This document shows positions 25,448-36,073 of a stretch of 64,000 bases of DNA, piece after piece. Made by a program: the position numbers and the translations under genes. Position 1 is the stretch's first letter. Each line of letters starts with the position of its first letter. The DNA comes from Ylistrum balloti (Eukaryota), in assembly GCF_031769215.1 (NCBI RefSeq), contig NW_026782555.1, positions 186,001-250,000 on the forward strand, read 5' to 3'. The notes below the pieces were generated by a model. The model worked only from the letters and a program-made list of their open reading frames with translations, was not told the DNA's origin and searched no databases.

Positions 25448-28400
25448 TTAACCTAACATTCCCATGATACCACCTAAGTCCATTCCACCGCCCCCTCCTC
25501 CTCCTCCCCCTCCCATCAAGCCTCCAAGCATATCCTGAAGCCCGCCTCCATCTTCGCCCATAAGTCCTCCGAGCATGTCCTGCAGGCCTCCGCCACCATC
25601 CCCCATTAATTCTCCGAGCATGTTCCCTATTCCACCAGCGTCTCCGCCTCCAAGTGATCCTAACATTCCGGACACTTGATTCATAACACCTGGGTCATTT
25701 AGGAGATTTTGTACATTACCTGCATCTATTTTACCATCACTCCCGAGGACACTTGACAAATCGGGCAATCCCCCACCACCACCACCACCACCACCACTCG
25801 AACTTCCTCCAAAGAGGTCACCGAGTCCTCCGCCATTGCCGTTCAACAGGCCATTCAGGTCTAATCCACCACCAGATGAACTGTCGCCATTGAGGAGGTT
25901 ATCCAATGCACCACCTGAAGGGAAACCACTGCCACCGCCAGATGGCGGAGGTGGTGCAGGGTCTTGAATGTTGTTTGCTGGTTGCATAGGCATGACTCCT
26001 GCAGGACCAGTATTCCCACCAAGGCCAAATCCACCACCCGATAGGTTTGGATCGGGTTGGCTGTTACTATTTGGTTGCTGGAAACCATTTTGGTTTGACT
26101 GATCTGGGTTGCTAAATTGAAAATTAAACGCGTTCTGTTGTCCGCCATTGTCAACTTGATTTCCAGAGGGTGGTCCTTGATTTCCCCACGGATTACCGCC
26201 AGGTCCCGAGGGCTGCGCCGGACTCCCTTGGTTACTCCACTGATTTCCGTTTGGTCCTTGATTTCCTTGGTTACCCCACTGATTTCCACCGGATCCCTGG
26301 TTACCCCACTGATTGCCGTTAGATCCTTGGGTTGCCTGGTTACCCCACTGATTACCGTTAAATCCTTGGTTTCCTTGATTACCCCACTGATTTCCACCGG
26401 ATCCCTGGCTACCCCACTGATTGCCGTTAGATCCTTGGTTTCCTTGATTACCCCACTGGTTACCGTTAGGTCCTTGGTTTCCCTGGTTACCCCACTGATT
26501 ACCGTTTGATCCTTGGTTACCCCACTGATTTCCGTTATATCCCGGCTGATTACCCCATTGATTTCCGTTCTGTTGCCACTGGTTACCCCACTGATTACCA
26601 TTTTGTTGACCTTGTGAATAGTAAGGGCCCTGCTGGTATTGCTGTTGTGGATACTGTTGTTGCTGGGGATAATATCCTCCCTGTTGATATTGCTGGTTCT
26701 GGCCCTGGTTCGACCACTGGGAGGAGGCGCTATTGGACCGACCGCCGGACCCACTTGAGCCTCCAAGCATGCCCATCACCTGAGAGAGTGCGTTATTCAG
26801 ACCAGCGTTAGGTCCTGGCTGGGCTCTTGTACCTTGAGAATTTTCCAACAGCTCCGGTCTTGGCCTGCTTGAATCCCCTCCTCCTGATGGATCTGATATT
26901 CCAAGCATACTCATGAGACTTCCACCGCCTCCTGCTCCTCCCCCTATACTTGATCCTGGTGACGATCCTCCCATATTTTGCAGCATTGACGATATACCTG
27001 CCATAGCGCCAGGGTTACCCAGAATGCTTGCTAATGGGTTACCACCAGATGACGCTCCGCTCCCTCCTCCCAATCCCATCATTCCTTGGCCACCTCCAAG
27101 CATACCTTGGGAAGATCCTCCCATCATGCCTTGCTGTCCGGAAAACATGCCTCCTTGCATACCCGCGTAGCCTCCATACATATCATCGTCATCTCTGCTG
27201 CTACCTCCTCCAAGGATAGACGAAAGTAGCCCTCCCCCTCCACCGCCTCCTCCCCCTCCGAGCATACCGGACAACATCTTACCGGCTCCGAGCATTGGAA
27301 TCAAACTAGTAAGTCCACCCAGACCACCGCCTCCTCCTCCTCCTCCACCAAGCATGCTGGATAGAAGTCCACCGCCGCCACCTCCGATCATGCTCGAAAT
27401 AAGACCGCCGCTTCCCCCGCCTCCACCGCCTCCAAGGACGCTTCCTGCTAGACTGGCCAATCCGCCTAAGCCTCCACTGTCGCTGCTGCCTCCTCCCATA
27501 AGGCCCTTCACTGTATTTAGAATGCTAGGGTTCTTGACAAGTCCAGTGACCTTCGATAGCAATCCTTCATCTCCGTCAGCCACCTCTTCTATTTTGTTGT
27601 TAACGTTGGTTGATGGTGGTGGGGGCGTGGTAGGTGGAGGCGCAGTGGTGGTGGCGCTAACTGTCGCGCCACCAGTAGCGCCACCAGTAGCACCACCTGT
27701 GGCGCTGCTCGTCCCAGTATTGGCCGTTAAGGAAGAGGTTATTCCCGCTAAGTCATCCTCCATGACCTTCACCTCTAAAATGGCCAATAACTGTTCTGCC
27801 TTGTCACTCCCGAACTCCTTCGCCAGCTGGGCAAGAAGATCACTTTTGGCGGGAGAGTCTTTAATTTCTAAAACGATTAAGATAAACAAATTAAACGGCA
27901 ATAAAAACTGTAAACTTGGGTCATTTTGACGTTCAATCTATAAAGAAATTATTCTGGAGGTACAGAAGCAATATGTATTTCTTTGTCTGATTTGTTGGAT
28001 CGCATTTGTTACGGGTTTCATCAATGTCGTAACTCGCAAACGATGATATGTCTTATCACACCAAGTTCATGACTAGAATTTAAAGGGGCAAAAACTAAGA
28101 AATGATCTCATATCTTAGTAACGTCAGCCCATATTCATTTATTTATTTACTAACTTAATTCAATCAAAGGGCGATTTCCATTTTCACTGTGTTTGTTAAC
28201 TATGTTAAATGTATATCACAAGGTACTCGGTATTTCAAATTGGTTACAAATAATAAGACTTACGATCTATCATCAAAGGTTTTGATTGGACACTTTCCCA
28301 GTATTCGTCATATGTACGGACAATAGAACCTCTGTAATGAAAGGTTGGGATGAGTAATCCAAAACTCATTAAGAGATATAATACAGAAAGAAAAGTTCAA

Positions 28401-31400
28401 ATACTGATAAATTATGGAAATCAATAAAGAAAATAATGACAATGCAAGTCAGTCGAATCTTAGTTCAGGCTCAACTCGATGAAACAAAAGAACAAGAGAA
28501 ACATTTAAAAAGGAGACCATCAAAACTTAAAATTCAATAGAAACATTAACGAATTAACTCCACTTCTGTTTTCTTCAACCATGATCAGGACTCTTTATAG
28601 AATATAAAATAAAAACAATATGAAGCGTAAATTTGATTGATTATTTCAGCACCGTTGAAGTAAGATGAATACATACCTAACAACCAGATTGTCCTCTAAA
28701 TCCTTGAATTCGGTTGGCGCGTGCCATATCATTGTAATGTTTCCTTTCCAGCGACTGTTCGCGTGACTGATGCTGTCGCCGTCCACCATTTGACACCGGA
28801 AGGGGCGTGCCATACCGTCCGCTGTCCACGTCCCGCGCGGAAAGTCGAACAAACTCTTCTCGGGAACAACTTGTAAGAAGAACCCTTTGAAGGCATCTTG
28901 TCTCGTCTTTGGTGAAATTGTCACTGTTGAAAGAGAAACGTTTCGTTATTTTCAGTATCGGGAAAGACGAAAAATTGACTTGGTAGCGTCCAAACAATGA
29001 TCGAGATTCGCATGGATTTGCTTAGACACTTAAAGATATCAATGACTCAGGAATGAAAGAATAATTACATTTCCCATTGTAATATTGTTTGTTTCCCAGT
29101 ACACTGTAAAATGAACTCTATGTATCCCGGCAAACATAGACGGGTAATACTGATGAAACTCTCGAACGCAGTTCTAGAACACAAGTGTTGTTACTTCTAA
29201 CGCGGTTATGAAACACGACAAAGGTGATATTTCTAACGCGATTATGAAACACGACACATGTGCTACTTCTAACGCTGTAACGCGGGTATAAAACACGACA
29301 AATGTGTTACTTCTAAAGCTGGTATAAAACACGACAAATGTGCTACTTCTAACGCTGTTATAAAACACGACAAATGTGCTACTTCTAACGCGGTTATAAA
29401 ACACGACAAATGTGCTACTTCTGACGCGGTTATGAAACACGACAAATGTGTTACTTCTAACGCGGTTACAGAACACGACAAATGTGCTACATCTAACGCG
29501 GTTACAGAACACGACAAATGTCTCGCACAATATGTACGCCAGTGCTTGTACGCTCCACACTGATTAAAGTGGCTTTGTAGTCATCGAAGCTTCACACTTA
29601 AATCTTCTACGTGTTGTGAAGTAAGAACTTCTATTCTATTGGTTGACCGATTTATACTCAGAATTGGACGAAATGATTAAAAATGTAACAATATATACGT
29701 CACGTGATTACCACAACACTTGTCACATTTCTGCTGAGAAGAATTTTTCCTTAACCAAGACAAGTAAATACATTAGGGATTTAAAGAGAAATTGGGTCGA
29801 TTCTATCAAACGTGTTATTACAATAGTTCCGTTACCAAAACACGGTCGTGTGATAAAACGAATATTGATATTGGAGCTATATAGTGATATATTTTCTGTT
29901 TCTAAAAGGGCCTACAAAATGATACCAATCGATTGAGAAAGGTATACTTATTTTTATCCTACTCTACTTTTGCCAGAAAAGTGAAAATTAATCAGGCTTA
30001 ATATGCATCATTCACACGCCAGTTTCAATGTTACCAAAGAGATATTTGTTTGTGATCTTAAACAATGTTTGAATATCATGTTCATGGCAATATCTTCATG
30101 TTTTGAAATGACCCCAAATGCGACGGAATCGCTACCGATGATGAATAATTAATTTTAATCAAACTTTTAAAAAATGGTATAAAACAGCACGATGTGTAGG
30201 GAATGTAAATGCTATAGTTGCCTGAACAAACTTTGGCATTTATAACGGCTATAAGTGACATAGCAACATAGCGAATGTTTACGAGTTATTTGTACTTCAA
30301 CTGGTCATCACAGTTCGGAGGTCGTCCGAGGTAAAATTGAACAGTCATAGTATGATATACAAACAAGCCGCAGGGTACGCAGTTAGCACGTATCGTGTCG
30401 GCAAGCTTCACAGCCGAAGGCCCCGCGTAATCGATGACGTCATCGTTAATGAAAACCTCGAGATATTGAACAAATCATGAAACAAGGCAGTTAAAAGAAT
30501 ACTCTGACGAGTATATTCTCTTTTTGGCGCGAATTTATTCGTGATAGAAAGTAATCTGAATTCTATATTTGGATGGCACTGGTATTTTAGATCTTCAATA
30601 ATAAAGATACTGCTAAAATTTGAAGTTTGATTTTGTCACTTATACAAAACGACTGAAGGCAAAGTTGAAAAAATAATTTGTAAATATCCGTAAAATAGAA
30701 TGAAATAACAGGTCAGAGATAAGGGGCGTGTTTAGTTATTATGGGTGTTTGGAATGAAATATGACTCATAGGTCATCGTGTGAACATGGCAAAGGAAGTC
30801 AGGACAAGCACCGGTCATCTACACTCGTCTTAAGTCACTCCTGACCACAAGTTTTGACAAACATGCGCCCAATCGACGTCATGATAAGTCAGTGAAAATT
30901 CTTGCCCACGAGAAGTGACACACACTCAATCGACGTCATGATAAGTCAGTGAAAATTCTTGCCCACGAGAAAAGAGACACACTCACCGACTTCATGATAA
31001 GTCATTGTAATTCTCTGTCAACGGGAGTGAGACACACTCACCGACTCCATGATAAGTCAGTGTAACGTCATGTCAAAGTGAAATGAGACACACTCACCGA
31101 CTCCATGAGAAAAGTCAGTGTAACGTCATGTCAAAGTGAAATGAGACACACTCACCGACTCCATGAGAAAAGTCAGTGTAACGTCATGTCAAAGTGAAAT
31201 GAGACACACTCACCGACTCCATGAGAAAAGTCAGTGTAACGCCATGTCAAAGTGAAATGAGACACACTCACCGACTCCATGAGAAAAGTCAGTGTAACGT
31301 CATGTCAAATTGAAATGAGACACACTCACCGACTCCATGATAAGTCAGTGTAACCCCCTGTCTAAGAGAAATGAGACACACTCACCGACTTCATGATAAA

Positions 31401-32716
31401 AGTCAGTGTAACTCCCTGTCCTCGAGAAGTGAGACACACTCACCGACATCATGATAAAGGTTAGTGTAACGTCATGTGACGACATACATCAGTATGATGT
31501 CGATGTAATGTGACGACATACATCAGTAATGGTAAGAGAAATGTACATAATCACGACATCCATGATAAGTCATGTAATTCGTCGATGTACATGTGACGAC
31601 ATACATCAGTATGATGTCAAAGTAATGTGACACATACATCAGTATGGTGTCGTCATGTAATATGACGACACACATCAGTATGGTGTAAGAGAAATGACGA
31701 CATAATCAGTCCATGATGTCGATGTAATGTAAGAGACGACATACATCAGTATGATGTCTATGTAATGTGACGACATGAGACACATCAGTATGGTGTCGAT
31801 GTAATGTGACGACATGAGACACATCAGACTTCATGATAAAAGTCAGTGTAATATGACGACATATATCATCATGATGTCAGATGTAATGTGACGACATACA
31901 CAGTATGGTGTCATGATAAGTCAGTGTAACTCATACATCGAGAAATAGACACATGACTTCATGATAAAAGTCATGTAATGTGACACATACATCATGATAA
32001 GTCAGTGTAACGTGATGTCTATGTAATGTGACGACATACATCAGTATGGTGTCGATGTAATGTGACGACATACATCAGTATGGTGTCGATGTAATGTGAC
32101 GACATACATCAGTATGATGTCGATGTAATGTGACGACATACATCAGTATGATGTCTATGTAATGTGACGACATACATCAGTATGGTGTCGATGTAATGTG
32201 ACGACATACATCAGTATGATGTCGATGTAATGTGACGACATTCATCAGTATGGTGTCGATGTAATCTGACGGTATATGTAAGTATGGTGTCTATGTAATG
32301 TGACGACATACATCAATATGCTGGATCTCTATAGAACTTAGTGATTCTTTTGTGTAATGTTTTTAAACCGTGAAAACACCTGAAATGAATTAGATATGGT
32401 TCTCCTGAAATATTTAGGTATAGTCAAGAAATACATAATAATTTTCAAAATAATTAATTATATTCTTCCTGTTGGAGAAAGTCCCGTACTAACCTTCCAC
32501 AGCATCACCAGGCTTTATAACTGTAGTATTTGTTAATATACGAAACGGTGGCGTCGAAAATTGAGGAGCATATTCCCAATTCCAGTCAGTAAAATTTCTC
32601 CGTATATGGTATGGTTTCTTTAAATTACATCCTTTTCTGGGTACTCCGGTACTGTATGATTCCACAGTGGCTAGAGCACACGCCACCAGAACTAAACACA
32701 CACAAAACTTATCCAT
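25448..32716 (-). CDS. Secreted Reeler-domain protein with a very long low-complexity tail, 985 aa; exons 32716-32494, 28923-28677, 28331-28264, 27867-25448
   Basis: Signal peptide MDKFCVCLVLVACALATVES, then a Reeler domain (YSTGVP..GC; PPFRI; VTISP; FKGFFLQ; ISHANSRWKGNITMIWHAP; GSIVRTYDEYW). This is spliced in phase (1,2,1) onto the 2.4-kb Gly/Met/Leu/Gln/Asn-rich exon. Total 2958 nt ending in TAA at 25448-25450. Confidence 0.88.
29185..29520. repeat. 36-bp minisatellite (ataaaacacgacaaatgtgctacttctaacgcggtt) in intron 1 of the Reeler gene
   Basis: About 9 tandem copies; they explain the 12-aa periodic ORFs 29174..29560 and 29269..29517. Confidence 0.95.
30865..31460. repeat. 56-58-bp minisatellite (gagacacactcaccgactccatgagaaaagtcagtgtaacgtcatgtcaaagtgaaat)
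   Basis: Tandem units, e.g. starting at 31085, 31143 and 31201. Confidence 0.93.
31470..32320. repeat. 34-bp minisatellite (gatgtaatgtgacgacatacatcagtatggtgtc), scrambled with the 58-bp unit between ~31470 and 32030
   Basis: Clean copies at 32030-32310; a mosaic of both units upstream. Confidence 0.9.
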
Positions 32717-33689
32717 ACTCGTTCACAATGCTGTCTTTTTGTCAAAATCCGTTGTATTTCCACATTTGCCTTTAGTCGAGGACCAGCCCCGACTTTTCAA
32801 TATCACTATATACTACTCTCTTACCAGCATCTGTTAAACAGTGCACAGGCTATATAAATTTCATACAGTTCCGGGTAACCCAAGGGGGCTCATCGCCAGT
32901 AAGTTGGCACATATTTGTACAGTCATCAATTGAAATCAGCTTTCTTAATGATTCCTGGAGAGATATGTCTGATGTTAAATACCTTTTCGTTTTTCATAGA
33001 AATTAATTAACAAATAATTTTCAAGAACAGAAAACGAAAGTATATATTTTTGTTAACATTAGTCTTATTTTTTTTTAAATTTTGGTTTCCCCATTAGCGC
33101 CTCGGATTCCACCCGCCTTTAGTTTGATGGATGATGAGTGACAAGTAATACACGGTACCGGGTGACTTTACTTCCGCCTTCGGGTGACGTCGGTACATAT
33201 AGTGGACCGCCACCACGGTCTCGGGATTATCAGAGTGACGTATACACCGTGGGATGGTAGCTGTACGCATCTATGGGAAGTCTGAAGCCCTTATTTTTTA
33301 GCTCCTCGAACAGTTGATACAAATTTACATCTCCAATCGAAATTTTTTATAGAAATCCATGCAATTTTCAAACTTGTAAAAAATGTGTGATCTCTTGACT
33401 TTTTCATGAGATTTTATGAAACAAGTCTCGAAGTTAATATTATTTTTTTGCTCGCCTTATCATATAAAATGAAAACAAATCTAAGATACTGTTCATCATA
33501 TAACCCGAAAAAGTTAAATTTTGACAGATTTTAGTAAAAACGTGGCGGTTCAGTTTATGACGTAATTTAATTGTCCATATCATCACGTTAAGATCTATTT
33601 CCAACAGGCGTAGCCAATGAAAAACGAAAGTTTTAAGGTTATTAAACTAGTGACCTACGTAAAAACATTCCGAAGTCTCAATAGTGTGC

Positions 33690-33820
33690 CATGTCAGTTA
33701 TGTGTAACCCCAGTAAGGTACAAGCCGCACCTCTTTGACTTGATCGGTTGTAGGCCACGGCGGTCCCGTGTTCGAATCCTAGCGGAGGCATTGATATAAT
33801 TAACTACCTCCGTTACATAC
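33690..33820 (+). mobile_element. tRNA-derived SINE head (B-box gttcgaatcc followed by tagcggaggca); related heads at ~33115-33175 (+), ~34485-34535 (-), 36442-36513 (-) and 57488-57590 (+)
   Basis: Shared ttcgaa/ttcaaa..c.agc.gaggcat tail and shared downstream ...acctc(c/t)gtta.ata between the 33.8-kb and 57.5-kb copies. I could not fold any copy into an intact cloverleaf. Confidence 0.6.
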
Positions 33821-35702
33821 GTGATAAAAATGTATTTTATGAAGCGAGTCTGGAAGTTTTAATATTTGCACGTCATATGAAATGAAACTTGAAGATACTT
33901 TTTACCACATAACTCAGAGAAATTATATTTTGATAAGTTTTAAGGCATTGAAATATGTAATGACACGCATTACATACGTGATAAAAAAAACCCTGTACAT
34001 GTCTCGAGCATTGTTCTATAAACGTGTCTAACGTTTAATGCCAGTTACGTTATATACCTTAAAAGCGTCTATTTTGGAACAGAGTTTTTCCCTTCTAACT
34101 TTCAATTGACAAGAAAACAGTAACAAAAAGATTACTTTAGTAACAGGATATTAATGTCATTCTCCCAATATATGGAAATTACAAACACTGAGATATAAGT
34201 CAGAATATTTCTGATTTCAAATTCGAAAAGTAGAAAAAAAACTTTAACAGTCAAAATACAAGATGGCCGCCTTTGTCCACGTGCCTATGTAAGACAAAGA
34301 AAAGCCTACTAAGTTTCAGAAAGATGACAAAAATCATGATAACAAGAATTGAATATTTCTGGAGAGACGGACGGCATGCTGCAGACGAAAGACAAGTCGC
34401 GTACTCACTCTCCCATTGGTTATGTCAATGAAATATGTTTAAAGTAAAGCCTATAATGATGGCGACAATAAAGATAATCGACAACAGGGCCCCAGGCTTT
34501 CTCGACTAAGACTCTACCGAATGAGCTGAAGAAGTGCCTTATAGAAGCTATTACACTGCTTTCCATATGAGGTTTATGATACGCGTCTCCAGATTATACC
34601 TAACGGCGAGGTGAACGAGTGTGGCGCGTTTCATAGATATCATACGGATTTATCACAGTATAAACTCATAATACCAATGCCTCATTTCACTTGCAAGCAT
34701 TAGTGAAAACAAACTGTGTAATTAATTGTTAGACTGGACTAATATTTTCAATCTGTGACTCTTTTCGTGCTCAACAACGTCATGGAATTATGACGTCACA
34801 ATTGAAACAATAACATAATGGGAACCTCCAGTCGCTATGTGTTATTAACCGAGTGATCATAATATTTATTTCTTTCATTTCTAGCTGTGTAATACTGGTA
34901 TCTCCAGGTCAATACACACTGGTTCTCTGTTCTTGTATTACATTCCCATCAATGCAATATAGGCGCGCACGCGTAGAAATATGACGTGTCCCTTCCCAAT
35001 TTGACGTCATCGGCTGTTACAAAATCGTGCATTTGTTTATATTTTGTTTTAATTTTGAAATCTAGGTAAGGAGAATTCATGTCTATCTCAACATGTTGGT
35101 TAACAATGAAAAATATAATATTTGTGTAATATGTGACGTCCATGGTAGTACATTGCCGACGTCTGGAGCTTACATTTTTTCAATATTTTCATAAAAGTTG
35201 AGAGAAAAGAATGGGATAATATTTTACCCTCGAGGTCACAAAATGTTGTAAAACCCAAGGCCTTGACATTGTGTGATCACTCGGTGCAGGCGGAGTATCC
35301 CATCCAGTAGTCCAACACATGAAACGTACCTGGACAGGATAGTTATCATTAGTGGCAAACACGATACTGAGATAAAAATTTACGTCTCTAGACAAGCTTA
35401 TTTATCTTTATCATTTCCGCTTTCTTTTCTGTCATTGAGTCCAATAAGTTTAGAAAATTACTACCTCACAAGAAACAGCCACCTTGTGAGAGTAAACCTC
35501 CGTATTTTTAACGCATCACTACATTAAATTGTCCTCGTAGCTAATCATATGTTATGTAAACTAAGTTTGCTAAAAGTGCATGTGTATAGTACCATAGTGT
35601 GGCGTCCGGGACTTGATAAGCGAATGCCTGACACAATTTTGCGCTGATTAAAAAATAACCAGGTCCGAGTGCGCAGTAATTAGTTAATAGTTAATTAATG
35701 AC

Positions 35703-35710
35703 AGAGAGAG

Positions 35711-35744
<34 letters not shown>

Positions 35745-35745
35745 A
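35703..35745. repeat. (GA)n microsatellite upstream of the BCO2-like gene
   Basis: agagagagagagagagagagagagaagagagagagagagaagg. Confidence 0.95.
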
Positions 35746-36073
35746 GGAGGTTTAGGGAGATGTGGGGAAATGAGCGGTAACTAGGCGGGTCATAGTCTGA
35801 ACCGATAATTGCATTCACACGTGACTGCAGTGAAGCGGAACACCCAAGCAAACAATTGTGATTTTGAAAGTTCAAGGCAGCCGATAAGTCAGTCAACTAC
35901 CCATGCATTAGCGAGATATATTTCAGCTCCACGTAGAATCTCCGCCGGGTAAAACAGAAAAGCAGCACGACAGACGTACGTCTCACTCAGTCTGGCCACA
36001 GACTTCCAAGGCAGATTTTGTGGTGTGTTACCACGCAAACATTGGTTAGAAAAACTTACTTCCCTTGAATACC

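Noticed and set aside
25448-27901. The 817-aa ORF as a standalone intronless gene starting MPFNLFILIVL
   Set aside because: The predicted start is a TTG inside a polypyrimidine tract. The ttttag acceptor at 27868-27869 joins in phase to the upstream Reeler exons.
25861-27929. ORFs 25861..26766 (-), 26117..26509 (+), 26913..27170 (+) and 27354..27929 (+) as overlapping genes
   Set aside because: They are alternative-frame or antisense shadows of the GC-rich Gly/Asn/Gln exon; poly-Gly codons read as poly-Pro on the other strand.
33120-33290. Box C/D snoRNA (atgatga ... ctga)
   Set aside because: There is no terminal stem, and the 5' part aligns with the tRNA-derived SINE heads elsewhere in the window (tttagtttgat..., gacaagtaa).
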